From contig NZ_QYYA01000002.1 in assembly GCF_003597125.1 (NCBI RefSeq), positions 700,156-764,155 on the forward strand: 64,000 nt of DNA, given 5' to 3'. The position numbers and the translations under genes are program-made. The notes under the pieces are model-generated. The model had not been told where the DNA came from, did not search any database, and saw nothing but the letters and a program-made list of their open reading frames with translations. The first letter of the stretch is position 1. Each line of letters opens with the position of its first letter. This document shows positions 1-9,825 of the stretch, one piece after another. The DNA is from Alcanivorax profundi (lineage in GTDB: Bacteria > Pseudomonadota > Gammaproteobacteria > Pseudomonadales > Alcanivoracaceae).

Positions 1-259
1 TTCTTTCCTTGTCAACAAACTCCATCCCTAACCGGCAAGGGTTATATGTGCCAGGCGCAGTATTGCAATGGCTTAATGCCACATGGTTATCGTCCTGAAC
101 TTCCACATTGTTGTGCATCTTTAAGGAAAGCTGGATTGCATTCTTGCCTGTGACCGCTTCCAACTCTTCGTCTTGCATTGGACGTAATGTCTCAGCGGCA
201 ACCTGTATCGGAGCGAATATCCATATGAACAAATAAAACGGAAGGAATTTTATTTTCAT
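1..259 (-). CDS. N-terminal part of secreted paralog C; the gene runs off the window start. Not in the ORF track. Signal peptide MKIKFLPFYLFIWIFAPIQVAA, then ETLRPMQDEELEAVTGKNAI.
   Basis: Manual reverse-complement translation from ATG at 257-259 with a GGGAGG RBS 7 nt upstream; open to position 1. Hydrophobic signal; post-signal motif M-Q-D-E-E-L-E-A-V-T-G matches paralogs A and B. Low GC. Confidence 0.5.
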   Translation of the reverse strand, partial: MKIKFLPFYLFIWIFAPIQVAAETLRPMQDEELEAVTGKNAIQLSLKMHNNVEVQDDNHVALSHCNTAPGTYNPCRLGMEFVDKER

Positions 260-275
260 TATCTTGCCTCCCCTA

Positions 276-1577
276 TCAGCAGAACGTGCTGGATCCATAA
301 CAGTTCTGTGCCCTTTGCATCTGAAACTCCGGGTGCTCAATCAGAAAACCCGGCGCCGCCAGAAGGGGCAATACATCGATAACGGTCTGATTACCCAAAT
401 CAAAATCATCATTGAATACATCTACCAACTTTGCACTTGGTGCATTCAGCCACCACCCTGTATTGGCAGGAACGGCATAAGCACTATGACAACGAGACGT
501 ATCCATATTCGTTGTTGCACATGCGTCCAGCGCCACCCCCATCTGACCATTCTGGGTAAATTCTTCCGTCGGCGTAATTTTGCTGTACCTCGGGTAAGCC
601 ACAGCCTCTCTCTGGAACGAGAGGAAGAAATCACTGGTATCCACAAAAGCCAGACCATGCACACTTCGGGCATCAGTATTCAGCTGTGCATACACATCAT
701 TTAATCCCAACGCCTGTAACGCAGCCACCACCCCGCTGCCATTCAGCGTAAGTTCTGCGGCGCGCAACCCCAACGTTTGCATCCTGGTACCGGCAAGATC
801 AACAAACACAGAATCACTCTGGTTGGTACCGCACAAATCCACGTTAGTGGCGGTCCGCCCTGTACAGCCCCATGCATCAAGCCCAATAGCACCAAGGCAT
901 GCACCAAAGACTATCCCCAATGCACAAATATTTGCCTTCACCCTCATAGTCAGTGACAAGTCTGTACCCAGGAATCCACTCACGGTATTGAGCCCGGAGT
1001 GGCATCCGACAACTCCGGATCCTGTAGCCGCTGAAGGATTGCACGAACTGGCGAATCCATTGTTCTCTTCGTTGGTGACACCCTGATAGTAACGACGACC
1101 AGTAGCCATAAATCCATTGACCGTGGCGGCACCAATTTTGATACCCACCACCTCTCTCATGGTCCGGGTATCATCATTTTTAATGGCAAATTCCATGTAC
1201 GGACGGTCCAGTATCACCGGGCTCTGGGAATCTCCCGCCTCATATCCATCGCGCCCCATCATCGTCACGTAATCAATATCAATATCACAGCCAGCATGAC
1301 CCGAAAGGTGGTCATTGATGCCGCCGCAACCTAGCTGAAGTTTGGACATATTGAGATTGAGCTGCATCTCACCGTCCATTCCGATACGGTAAAAATTAAA
1401 TGGGGTTGAGTATTCATTTGCCCCAGTTAATTCATCCCCTCGGACCATGTCCGCAACGAAAAGGCCTTGCCCTGATACATCACGCAGTGAGTCGTCATCC
1501 ATCTCAGTCATAGTGTGACGGAATGCATCCACATTCGTACAAGAGATCATCAGCTTCCGGGATATTGTTATTTTCAT
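276..1577 (-). CDS. Paralog B (about 433 aa): Gly/Ser/Thr/Cys-rich protein of unknown function with no obvious signal peptide. Carries the MTEMDDDSLRDVSGQGL motif near the N-terminus.
   Basis: ORF 276..1604. The internal ATG at 1577 (MKITISRK) lies 11 nt after the stop of paralog A; the alternative GTG at 1604 overlaps A. Motif shared with A and C. About 48% GC. Confidence 0.6.
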   Translation of the reverse strand: MKITISRKLMISCTNVDAFRHTMTEMDDDSLRDVSGQGLFVADMVRGDELTGANEYSTPFNFYRIGMDGEMQLNLNMSKLQLGCGGINDHLSGHAGCDIDIDYVTMMGRDGYEAGDSQSPVILDRPYMEFAIKNDDTRTMREVVGIKIGAATVNGFMATGRRYYQGVTNEENNGFASSCNPSAATGSGVVGCHSGLNTVSGFLGTDLSLTMRVKANICALGIVFGACLGAIGLDAWGCTGRTATNVDLCGTNQSDSVFVDLAGTRMQTLGLRAAELTLNGSGVVAALQALGLNDVYAQLNTDARSVHGLAFVDTSDFFLSFQREAVAYPRYSKITPTEEFTQNGQMGVALDACATTNMDTSRCHSAYAVPANTGWWLNAPSAKLVDVFNDDFDLGNQTVIDVLPLLAAPGFLIEHPEFQMQRAQNCYGSSTFC

Positions 1578-1587
1578 AATGGAATCC

Positions 1588-3348
1588 CTACGGAGCTCCG
1601 GCACCGTAGCTGGTAAATTTCATATAATTAATCTGCATCCCTTCAATGCGTGCATCACCAAGATTCACAACATCTGTACGAATGACAGGGAGGCCTGCGG
1701 CCGGAGCCTGACTGGATACGTCAAACAGCTCTGAAGGATCTTGTCTTGAAGCATGGGTATAGCGACTGCCAGCATTAATGCTGTAGCTTCCGCCATACCC
1801 GCAGCGATAGGCATTGCTTCCCGTTCCTGCACTACAAGAATCAGACTGCGCATAGTAGCGGCCATTATCTGTTCTACTTGAGGCAGATATTCCGCGTGGC
1901 GTGTATGAACCACAGCTGCTTCCACCCGGGCAGGTGTACTGGTTATTTCCAGGCCGAACATCAACCGCTGTGATCATGTAGGCAAATGCATCAAAGTCAT
2001 TACACCCTGTACATTTCCTGAAAAAGACACCATCACTAGTCGAATTAAATATATTTCGATCGGGGTGCGAGGCATTCCCTGTGTGAACAGACGGGCAACC
2101 AATTCCACGGCATGGATACCAGTCTCCCCATCGTGAATAACCGTGAGTCACGTTGTAGCTTTCAGGTAGTTCTATGTCTGCTAACGGGATGCCATAAGTA
2201 CTGCTGACATAGTTTTTATAAGCACCAATATTCGCGCCTGGGGTACTTTCCAGAAGTGCCAATCGTGCGGTAATAAACCCTGCCAAGGTGTGACCATTCG
2301 GATCATTTGAGTCTGCAGTTGTCTCCGGAACAGCAAATGAATAGAAATGCTCCATGGCCGCATTAAGGGGGTTACTTGTTGGAATAGAGGGGTCTCTAAG
2401 ATAGGGAATTTCAAGAATAAAATTACCGTCTTGTTGCGGTACGGCATCCAGGGTCAACGCCTGGTAAAAGAGCTGTCCCAGAGGAATAAAGGCATCCACA
2501 TTCTTGAAATGTAGACCTTCCTGTTCATCAAAGATGACAGGAACCCCGATGACATCACTGCCGTTATTGCCTGCGCCACCGTTATGTTGGGCAGCCGAAA
2601 AGCGGAAATCCCCGCGCAAATGGCTGTGGTACATAATCGCGAATGTTTCATTCCCTGGCTGGGTGTGTTGAAACATCCTGAATATTGAGCCCGCGGCATT
2701 ACCCTGAATCAGGGTCTGAGTTTTGAGAAAATCGCCAGAACCGGTCCCCAGATTTTCATTCGCTCCAGTGCGTCCTGCTTCAATTTCTCCCCAAAAGGCA
2801 AAGTTATAGTAGGGCTGCTGTGTCGGCGCGACGTATTCGTATACCGTCTTGTCCGGATTATCCGGATCACTGTTCAGAACAGTTCCGTCGTAGCTGTATC
2901 CCGTGGGGGAAAAAGCCCGCAGTACATAGGGATTATCATAGGGGGAGAAATCGGGAATCACCCCTCCGAGAGGACACGCCAAGCCCGTTCCGGTGCAGGC
3001 GCTGCCAAAGGAGCCGGTGGACGCGTCCCAATGAAAACCTTCATTACCAGAGGAGCCATCTGGAACTGCAGTGATGCTGAGCCCATACCAGCGCATGTCA
3101 GCACGTTGAAAGGTGGTATCCCCAACGGGATCCGTTCCCATTTGTTCGAAGTAACTGGTTGGCTTGGTCAGCCAGCGAAAATCTTCAAAGCCCAAGGCAA
3201 TGCCGGCTCCGCTGACATCGGACATGGCAGCGTCATCCATGCGCTCCATCGCTGCCAGGCTGCACAATGGCAACAGGGCCAGCAGGCCGAGCAATCCTGC
3301 CCGTGCCGAATAGCACACTTCACGCATGCACTGACGCATCGTCTGCAT
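1588..3348 (-). CDS. Paralog A (about 586 aa): secreted Gly/Asn/Ser/Tyr/Cys-rich protein of unknown function. Signal peptide ...AGLLGLLALLPLCSLAA, then mature N-terminus MERMDDAAMSDVSGAGI.
   Basis: ORF 1588..3369. Several in-frame ATGs (3369, 3348, 3339, 3327) precede the hydrophobic signal, so the start is uncertain. Many Cys pairs (CRGIGC, CTGC, CPGGSSC). Low GC. Confidence 0.65.
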   Translation of the reverse strand: MQTMRQCMREVCYSARAGLLGLLALLPLCSLAAMERMDDAAMSDVSGAGIALGFEDFRWLTKPTSYFEQMGTDPVGDTTFQRADMRWYGLSITAVPDGSSGNEGFHWDASTGSFGSACTGTGLACPLGGVIPDFSPYDNPYVLRAFSPTGYSYDGTVLNSDPDNPDKTVYEYVAPTQQPYYNFAFWGEIEAGRTGANENLGTGSGDFLKTQTLIQGNAAGSIFRMFQHTQPGNETFAIMYHSHLRGDFRFSAAQHNGGAGNNGSDVIGVPVIFDEQEGLHFKNVDAFIPLGQLFYQALTLDAVPQQDGNFILEIPYLRDPSIPTSNPLNAAMEHFYSFAVPETTADSNDPNGHTLAGFITARLALLESTPGANIGAYKNYVSSTYGIPLADIELPESYNVTHGYSRWGDWYPCRGIGCPSVHTGNASHPDRNIFNSTSDGVFFRKCTGCNDFDAFAYMITAVDVRPGNNQYTCPGGSSCGSYTPRGISASSRTDNGRYYAQSDSCSAGTGSNAYRCGYGGSYSINAGSRYTHASRQDPSELFDVSSQAPAAGLPVIRTDVVNLGDARIEGMQINYMKFTSYGAGAP

Positions 3349-3387
3349 GACGCACTCTCCCATATACATATACGTTATTCTTATTTC

Positions 3388-3415
3388 CTATCTGTTAACA
3401 AATGTTCACAGATAG
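3388..3415. promoter_or_regulatory. Palindromic candidate operator (ctatctgt-N12-acagatag) in the AT-rich promoter region upstream of paralog A
   Basis: 8-bp perfect inverted repeats flanking ttaacaaatgtt, 20-45 bp upstream of the paralog A start codon. Confidence 0.4.
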
Positions 3416-3654
3416 TTTCTATAGCTTTACACACGGTGGCGCGATCGTACTGGCCAAACAATGATCAGCAAGCGTTATTTTGTATACGCAGTTTTATTTC
3501 CTTGTTTTGTAAGAAGATTTTCCGTTTGTCGCCGGATGGGCGGAATGGTCAGAAATGCGATGTATTTGGCCAATCGGGTAGACGGGTTGTTTAGGAAACG
3601 CTTTGTTTATCAACCGTTTACGGGGGATGGGTTCCTGCTGCCGCTGCATGTGCA

Positions 3655-3690
3655 TACTGGGCAATCGCGCCGCCAGCGACGCTGCTACGG
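3655..3690. repeat. Family A repeat fragment (caatcgcgccgccagcgacgctgctac) at the 3' end of mnmE and the island boundary
   Basis: Near-identical to 17311-17339 and 22008-22034. Confidence 0.45.
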
Positions 3691-3709
3691 CTGTGAGTTT
3701 CGAGGTGGC

Positions 3710-5077
3710 TTATTTGCCGATGCAGAAGGAGGAGAAGATGCGGCCGAGCAGGTCATCGGCGGTGAAGGCCCCGGTGATCTCTTCCAACGCTTTTTGGGCG
3801 GCGCGCAGGTCTTCGGCGAGGAGTTCGCCTGCGGCATGGCTATGCAGTTGCGCCCGGCCGTTTTCCAGGGCCTGCAGGGCCTGCTCCAGCGCAGTGATAT
3901 GGCGGCGGCGGGCCGAGAATCGGCTTTGTCCCTCCCCTTGGTAGCCTGCCACCTGTTTAAGGTGGTCACGGAAGGCGGGGAGCCCCTCTCCCGTGGAAGC
4001 GGACAGTACGAAGCAACCATCCGAACGCGGCCCGCAGGGCAAGCCGGACAAGTCCGCCTTGTTGAGGATCACGGTGATGGGAAGCGCCAGATCCTCCAGC
4101 TGTTGCTGACTCTGCGGCAGCAGGCTGTGGATATCCTGTGAATCTATTGGCTGTTCCCGGGAATCCACCATGACCAGCAACCGGTCGGCTTTTTTGATTT
4201 CAGCAAAGGCCCGGCGAATACCTTCCTGCTCGACCACATCGGCACTGTCACGCAGGCCGGCGGTATCAATCAGGTTCAGCGGCATGCCATCAATCTGAAT
4301 GGATTCACGCAGCACATCTCGGGTAGTGCCCGCAATGTCAGTGACGATCGCCGCATCGAACCCGGCCAGGGCGTTCATCAGGGACGACTTGCCCGCATTG
4401 GGCTTGCCCGCAATGACCAGGGTCATCCCTTCTCGGACCAACCGGCCTTGCCGGGCCTCATCCAGCACCCGCAGGCATTGCTGGTGCACCGCATGCAGGT
4501 CACCGGCCACCTTGCCGTCTGACAGGAAGTCGATTTCCTCTTCCGGGAAGTCGATGGCGGCTTCCACATAGATACGCAGGCCGATCAGGTCTTCTACCAG
4601 TTGATTCACTTCGCTGGAAAAAGCGCCCTGGAGGGAATTGAGCGCGGCTCTGGCAGAGGCTTCTGTTCCGGCATCAATCAGGTCGGCGATGGCTTCCGCC
4701 TGGGTCAGGTCCATCTTGTCATTCAGGAAGGCCCGTTGTGAGAACTCCCCCGCGCGGGCCTGCCGTGCACCGGCATCAATACACGCCTTCACCAGCAAAT
4801 CGAGAATGACGGGGCCGCCATGCCCCTGCAATTCCACCACGTCTTCACCGGTAAAGGAGTGTGGCGCGGGGAAATAGATGGCCAGGCCTTCGTCGATGAC
4901 CTGTCCTGCGGCATCCCGAAAGCGGGCAAAGTGCGCCAGGCGCGGGGTCAGTTCGCGATCGCCGCAGATTGATTTTGAGATGCCAGGGGCTGCAGGCCCG
5001 GACAGACGCACCACACCCACCCCACCCCGGCCGGGGGCGGTAGCAATGGCAACGATGGTGTCAGCGGAATTGGGCAT
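3710..5077 (-). CDS. mnmE: tRNA modification GTPase MnmE (TrmE)
   Basis: ORF 3710..5113. N-terminus [28 protein letters not shown]-domain motifs ([16 protein letters not shown]) and C-terminal CIGK are typical of MnmE. Start taken at the internal Met. Confidence 0.92.
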   Translation of the reverse strand: MPNSADTIVAIATAPGRGGVGVVRLSGPAAPGISKSICGDRELTPRLAHFARFRDAAGQVIDEGLAIYFPAPHSFTGEDVVELQGHGGPVILDLLVKACIDAGARQARAGEFSQRAFLNDKMDLTQAEAIADLIDAGTEASARAALNSLQGAFSSEVNQLVEDLIGLRIYVEAAIDFPEEEIDFLSDGKVAGDLHAVHQQCLRVLDEARQGRLVREGMTLVIAGKPNAGKSSLMNALAGFDAAIVTDIAGTTRDVLRESIQIDGMPLNLIDTAGLRDSADVVEQEGIRRAFAEIKKADRLLVMVDSREQPIDSQDIHSLLPQSQQQLEDLALPITVILNKADLSGLPCGPRSDGCFVLSASTGEGLPAFRDHLKQVAGYQGEGQSRFSARRRHITALEQALQALENGRAQLHSHAAGELLAEDLRAAQKALEEITGAFTADDLLGRIFSSFCIGK

Positions 5078-5082
5078 GGAAA

Positions 5083-5210
5083 AAAGCGACAAGCGGCAAG
5101 CTACAAGCCGCAAGGAAAACCTAAAAAGGGCGAAATGTCACGAGTTTAAAAGGCTCGCGGCGCGATATTGGGCGTTGGGGATCGCGCCGCGAGCGGCGCT
5201 CCTGCGGGGA
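5083..5210. repeat. Family A REP/MITE-like element between mnmE and yidC
   Basis: aagcgacaagcggcaagctacaagccgc ... ggctcgcggcgcgat-N14-atcgcgccgcgagcggcgctcctgc (internal inverted repeat). Confidence 0.6.
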
Positions 5211-5251
5211 GGTTGAGCCATGCCTTTGAGGCTCAAATCCCGGCAACGACG

Positions 5252-7000
5252 TTAGTCGTTGCCTTTTTCGATGTTTTTGGTGATGACCCACTGCTGGGCA
5301 ATGGACAGGATATTGTTGGTCAGCCAGTACAGCACCAGACCAGCCGGGAACCACAACATGAAGACGGAGAACACGATCGGCATCCACTTCATCACCTGGG
5401 CCTGCATGGGATCCGCCGGGGTCGGGTTAAGGCGGGTCTGCAGGAACATGGAGGCGCCCATCAGGATCGGCAGCACGAAATAGGGATCCATCACCGACAG
5501 GTCATTGATCCACAGGAAGAACGGCGCCTGGCGCAGCTCCACCGATTCCAGTAGCACATAGTACAGGGCGATGAACACCGGCATCTGCACCAGCATCGGC
5601 AGACAGCCACCCAGCGGGTTGATCTTTTCCCGCTGGAACAACTTCATGGTTTCCATCTGCGCTTTCTGACGATCGTTCTTGTTCTGCTCCTTGATGCGCT
5701 GCATCTCGGGAGCCACCTTGCGCATCTTTGCCATGGAACGATAGCTGGTCGCGCTAAGCTTGAAGAAGATTGCCTTGATGATGAAGGTCAACAGAATGAT
5801 CGCCACGCCCCAGTTGCTGACGCCGCCACCGATATCGATATCCATGCCGAAAATGGACACTTCGCCGCTCTGCAGGAACACCAGCAGGGCAAAGATCGGC
5901 TGGGAAATAAACCACAGCCAGCCATAGTCCACGGTCATGTTCAGGCCCGGGCTGATGGCTTCCAGGTGATCCTGGGTTTTCGGCCCGGCATAAAACTCGG
6001 CATACAGGACTTTTTCTTCGCCCGGCGCCACTTTCACGGTGGGAGACACAAAACGCAGCAGGTACTGATCACGCTGATTCAGGTAGACGCTGGAATAGTG
6101 GTTACGCTGCTGCGGGTCGGGAATCCAGGCTGAGACAAAGTAATGCTGCACCATGGCCAGCCAGCCGCCCTCTACCGTGAGGTTCAGAGGGCTTTCCTGC
6201 ATGTCATCGAAGTCCAGCTTGTTGTAGGGCTTTTCGGTATCCCAGTAGGCGGCCCCAAGATACGTCGGCATGGGCGCCCAGCCCTGCTTGGCCAGACCCG
6301 GATCGTCATTGCCATCGCGTTTGATCTGCCCGTACAGGGCCCCGGACCATTCACTATTGCCCTGGTTGCGGACGATATGGCTGACACGGACCAGATAGCT
6401 GCCTTTTTCAAAGGTATAGCGCTTGATGATTTGCGCACCATTGTCCTGGCTCAGGGTCAGGTCAACATTCAGCTCATTGTCACTTTCATTCAGGGTGTAG
6501 CGTTCCGACGCTGCTGACCACAGTGGTCGGCCCGCGCTGGAATCGGTGCCGTTAGTCCCCACCAGGCCGCTCTGGGCAACATAGGTACGGGTAGCATCCT
6601 GCTCCATCAGCACAAATGGCTGATCTGGTGTCTCGACATGAATGGGGTAGTCAGGAAGCGCCAGCCGTACGATATCCCCACCTTGCAGGTCGATTTCGAC
6701 TCGCAATACGTCGGTGTTGACTTCAATGTGCCGTGACGAGGCGGAGGTCTGCGTGTTTTCCACCGCAGGCAGGCCCAGTGCGTCAGCCGCTGCGGTTTCG
6801 GCTTGCGCAGAGGGCACCCCATTATCCTGGCCCAGATCAGACTGGGGAGCCGGAAGATCGGGGGACGCGTTGCCGGCGTCAGCCACTTGCTCGGTAGCAG
6901 CGGGTTGGGTGGGGTTGGCATAGTCTTTCTGCCAAGCCTGAATCATCAGGTAGGAGACGATGGCAATGCCAGTAATCACTAAGGCGCGCGGGATTTCCAT
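5252..7000 (-). CDS. yidC: Membrane protein insertase YidC
   Basis: ORF 5252..7063. Start taken at MEIPRALVITGIAIVSYLMIQAW (Met-22). Conserved C-terminal insertase TM region (GCLPMLVQMPVFIALYYVL); conserved position after rnpA. Confidence 0.92.
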   Translation of the reverse strand: MEIPRALVITGIAIVSYLMIQAWQKDYANPTQPAATEQVADAGNASPDLPAPQSDLGQDNGVPSAQAETAAADALGLPAVENTQTSASSRHIEVNTDVLRVEIDLQGGDIVRLALPDYPIHVETPDQPFVLMEQDATRTYVAQSGLVGTNGTDSSAGRPLWSAASERYTLNESDNELNVDLTLSQDNGAQIIKRYTFEKGSYLVRVSHIVRNQGNSEWSGALYGQIKRDGNDDPGLAKQGWAPMPTYLGAAYWDTEKPYNKLDFDDMQESPLNLTVEGGWLAMVQHYFVSAWIPDPQQRNHYSSVYLNQRDQYLLRFVSPTVKVAPGEEKVLYAEFYAGPKTQDHLEAISPGLNMTVDYGWLWFISQPIFALLVFLQSGEVSIFGMDIDIGGGVSNWGVAIILLTFIIKAIFFKLSATSYRSMAKMRKVAPEMQRIKEQNKNDRQKAQMETMKLFQREKINPLGGCLPMLVQMPVFIALYYVLLESVELRQAPFFLWINDLSVMDPYFVLPILMGASMFLQTRLNPTPADPMQAQVMKWMPIVFSVFMLWFPAGLVLYWLTNNILSIAQQWVITKNIEKGND

Positions 7001-7040
7001 AAGAGGCTTATCTTTGGCGTGAAAAACGGGCCGCAGTTTC

Positions 7041-7406
7041 TCAAGCCTGCCGGCACTTGGCAAGCAGCTTGTCGAAAAGCTGGCCTAGCTGTTGGCTGAC
7101 GAGGGCAGGATCGGGGTGATCCACACGACCGCGGACCAGCAAGATAATATCCAGACCCTGAAGGCTCTGTTGGCGAAGCCGGAACTGTTCACGGGCTCGG
7201 CGCTTGATACAGGCCCGGTCAACTGCCCGTTTGGCGCGCTTGCGTCCAATCACCAGACCCAGTCGAGGCAGGGGTTCCTCTGAGGCTTTTGCCATCAACA
7301 AAAACGAAGCATTGCCCACCTTCCAGGAAGCGTGGTCAAAAACAGCCTGATAGTGGGAACCGGTGAGAAGTCGGTGTTGCCGGGTAAAGGCCTGGGACAA
7401 AGGCAC
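7041..7406 (-). CDS. rnpA: RNase P protein component RnpA
   Basis: ORF 7041..7523 overlaps rpmH. An in-frame GTG at 7404-7406 with a GAGGT RBS gives a 121-aa protein starting M/VPLSQAFTRQHRLL. Basic region RKRAKRAVDRACIKRRARE. Confidence 0.8.
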   Translation of the reverse strand: MPLSQAFTRQHRLLTGSHYQAVFDHASWKVGNASFLLMAKASEEPLPRLGLVIGRKRAKRAVDRACIKRRAREQFRLRQQSLQGLDIILLVRGRVDHPDPALVSQQLGQLFDKLLAKCRQA

Positions 7407-7443
7407 AGTTACCTCAGCCGGAGGGCAGGAGAAAACGGTTGGC

Positions 7444-7578
7444 TTAGGCAGCCAACCGCTTGCGACCCTTGGCACGGCGAGCAGCCAGTACCTTGCGACC
7501 ATTCTTGGTGGCCATACGGGCACGGAAACCGTGGGCGCGCTTGCGCTTCAGTACGCTGGGCTGAAATGTACGTTTCAT
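7444..7578 (-). CDS. rpmH: 50S ribosomal protein L34
   Basis: Not in the ORF track (44 aa). Manual translation gives [44 protein letters not shown], the canonical L34. Confidence 0.93.
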   Translation of the reverse strand: MKRTFQPSVLKRKRAHGFRARMATKNGRKVLAARRAKGRKRLAA

Positions 7579-7959
7579 GGCGTCTTACCTGTGGAAATAG
7601 ACTGCTATTTAGAAGGGCGGCAAGTCTAGGGAATCCTGCCCGCAGTGTCAACGATATTGGGTGACGGGATTGTCGCCGGAAGGGGCGGATCTTTGGGTTG
7701 TTCCTGCTCACTGGAGCCTGAGAGCAAACATGGCTTTTCTTTGTGGGTGAAATGTCTCCTGTGCTGAAACGGTTTTTAGCCCAGGCGTGGAATTGCACGT
7801 TCACGGAGCGCAGCGAAGGAATGCCCGCAGGGTGAGCGAAGCGAATAACCGACGCTCCAACCGCTGACTGTGGAGGCCCCCCAACACTTCATCCGATCCA
7901 TTACCGCTCTGATTCACGCCCTTTACGGATTGAGGGTTGAACCTTGAGCATGTTCGACC

Positions 7960-8300
7960 CCTTTTGAAACGGTCACTGTTAATAGAATTTATATATTTAA
8001 GTATTTATTAGTTGTATTGGTAGTTATAGGGCTCGCCGGATTCTGTGGGTAAGTCTTGAAAACACAATAAATTCAATATCTTGGTGTAATGATAACTTGC
8101 GTACTACCCTGTGTTGTCTGCGGGGATGATGCGGGGAAGACCTGTCATTAACTGTGTGTATAAGTCATCCCTGTGGTTATCCACGGGGTTGTCCCTGTGG
8201 GAATTCACATGGTTATAGTCGTAGTTATCCACAGAGTGAATGATTGCAAAAAATGCCTCTTGCCCTGTGGATAGGTGCGCCTGCCTGAGGGTAGAATGGC
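7960..8300. promoter_or_regulatory. oriC: Chromosomal replication origin (oriC) between rpmH and dnaA: an AT-rich unwinding element (about 7975-8060) followed by a cluster of DnaA boxes.
   Basis: AT-rich stretch aatagaatttatatatttaagtatttattagttgtattgg. DnaA-box 9-mers: TTATCCACG at 8177-8185, a perfect TTATCCACA at 8225-8233, TGTGGATAG at 8266-8274, and near-matches tgtgggtaa at about 8043 and tgtgtataa at about 8153. rpmH | dnaA is the conserved oriC location. Confidence 0.75.
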
Positions 8301-8366
8301 TGGCTCGATTCGGGTTCACCTTGAGCCCTCTTTCTCTGTATAACGACAAGCGAGCAAGGCGGTTTT

Positions 8367-9782
8367 GTGTCTGAAGAGCTCTGGCAACGCTGTCTGACGC
8401 GGCTCGAAGATGAGTTGCCGTCACAGCAATACAACATGTGGATCCGCCCGCTACAGGTTGCGGCGTCCGCAGATGGTGCCGAGCTGACCCTGTTTGCGCC
8501 CAACCGCTTTGTGGTGGACTGGGTGCGCGACAAGTACCTGGACCGGATTGGCGAGGTACTGGGTGAGATGCAGTCAGGGCCGTTGCCGCAATTGCGTCTG
8601 GAGGTCGGTTCCAGCCGCCCTGCTCCTGCGCCTGTGGCGCCCGCGGCAGAGCCTGCCACGGCTCGCCCTGCCTCCCAGCCCTTCAATGGCATTCAGGCGC
8701 ATCAAGAGGCTCCTGAGTCTCGTCCCCCCGTGGCGGAAGTCGGTGGTGCCCGCAAGCACCGTAGCAATCTCAATACCGGCTTTACGTTTTCCACCTTTGT
8801 CGAGGGCAAGTCGAATCGCATGGCGGCGGCGGCGGCCCAGCAGGTAGCGGAGAACCCGGCCAGCCATGGCTATAACCCGCTGTTGTTGTATGGCGGTGTG
8901 GGGCTCGGCAAGACTCACCTGATGCATGCGGTGGGCAACGAGCTGATGCGCCGTAACCCCAATGCCAAGGTGGTGTACCTGCACAGTGAGCGCTTTGTGG
9001 CGGATATGATCTCGGCGCTGCGTAACAAGACCATCAATGAGTTCAAGCGCTTCTACCGTAGTGTGGATGCCCTGTTGATTGATGATATTCAGTTTTTTGC
9101 AGGAAAGGAGCAGTCCCAGGAAGAGTTCTTCCATACCTTCAATGCTCTGCTGGAAAACGGGCAGCAGATCATCCTTACCTGCGACAAATTCCCGAAGGAA
9201 GTGGACGGCCTGGAAGAGCGTCTCAAGAGTCGCTTTGGCTGGGGGTTGTCTCAGCCCATGGAGCCGCCGGAGCTGGAAACCCGTGTCGCGATTCTCAAGA
9301 AGAAGGCGGAAGAGGCCAAGGTCGACCTGCCCAATGATGCCGCCTTCTTTATTGCGCAACGAATCCGGTCTAATGTACGGGAACTGGAAGGGGCGCTGCG
9401 GCGGGTGATCGCCCATGTGCGATTTACGGGTGCGCAGATCGATATCGGGCTGATCAAGGAAGCGTTGAAGGACCTGATTGCCCTTCAGGCGCGGCAGATC
9501 AGTATCGACAATATTCAACGGGTTGTGGCCGAGTACTACAAGATCAAGATCAACGATCTGCTTTCGCCCCGGCGAACCCGCTCGGTGGCGCGTCCACGTC
9601 AGGTGGCCATGGCGCTCTCCAAGGAGTTGACCAGCCACAGCCTGCCGGAAATCGGTGAGAACTTTGGTGGCCGGGATCACACCACCGTACTGCACGCCTG
9701 CCGTAAGGTGCTGGAGTTACGGGAATCCAACCCGGAAATTGAAGAAGATTATCAGAACCTGCTGCGGACGCTGACGTCCTGA
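8367..9782 (+). CDS. dnaA: Chromosomal replication initiator DnaA
   Basis: GTG start with an AAGGCGG RBS. N-terminus [29 protein letters not shown]; AAA+ Walker [11 protein letters not shown]; C-terminal DNA-binding domain. Confidence 0.95.
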   Translation: MSEELWQRCLTRLEDELPSQQYNMWIRPLQVAASADGAELTLFAPNRFVVDWVRDKYLDRIGEVLGEMQSGPLPQLRLEVGSSRPAPAPVAPAAEPATARPASQPFNGIQAHQEAPESRPPVAEVGGARKHRSNLNTGFTFSTFVEGKSNRMAAAAAQQVAENPASHGYNPLLLYGGVGLGKTHLMHAVGNELMRRNPNAKVVYLHSERFVADMISALRNKTINEFKRFYRSVDALLIDDIQFFAGKEQSQEEFFHTFNALLENGQQIILTCDKFPKEVDGLEERLKSRFGWGLSQPMEPPELETRVAILKKKAEEAKVDLPNDAAFFIAQRIRSNVRELEGALRRVIAHVRFTGAQIDIGLIKEALKDLIALQARQISIDNIQRVVAEYYKIKINDLLSPRRTRSVARPRQVAMALSKELTSHSLPEIGENFGGRDHTTVLHACRKVLELRESNPEIEEDYQNLLRTLTS

Positions 9783-9825
9783 GCAGGGACCACATCCAGG
9801 AAGGTAACCAGAACGGGATAGCGCG

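Noticed and set aside
264-704. 146-aa plus-strand ORF at the start of the island
   Set aside because: It overlaps the paralog B and C genes on the opposite strand and has no signal or motif. The minus-strand genes have RBSs and the family motif.
1577-1604. Possibility that paralogs A and B are one frameshifted gene
   Set aside because: B's N-terminal motif aligns with the N-terminal, post-signal regions of A and C, so B begins a new protein. A has a clean TAG stop and B has its own ATG 11 nt downstream.
3031-4141. Overlapping plus-strand ORFs 3031..3594 and 3461..4141
   Set aside because: They cross the island promoter and run antisense to mnmE, so they are spurious.
7000-7300. Expected yidD between rnpA and yidC
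   Set aside because: No ORF with a YidD-like sequence was found in any frame between rnpA and yidC, so none is reported.
8104-8692. ORFs 8104..8424 and 8225..8692 (minus strand)
   Set aside because: They lie within oriC and the dnaA promoter and 5' region, so they are artefacts of the long intergenic region.
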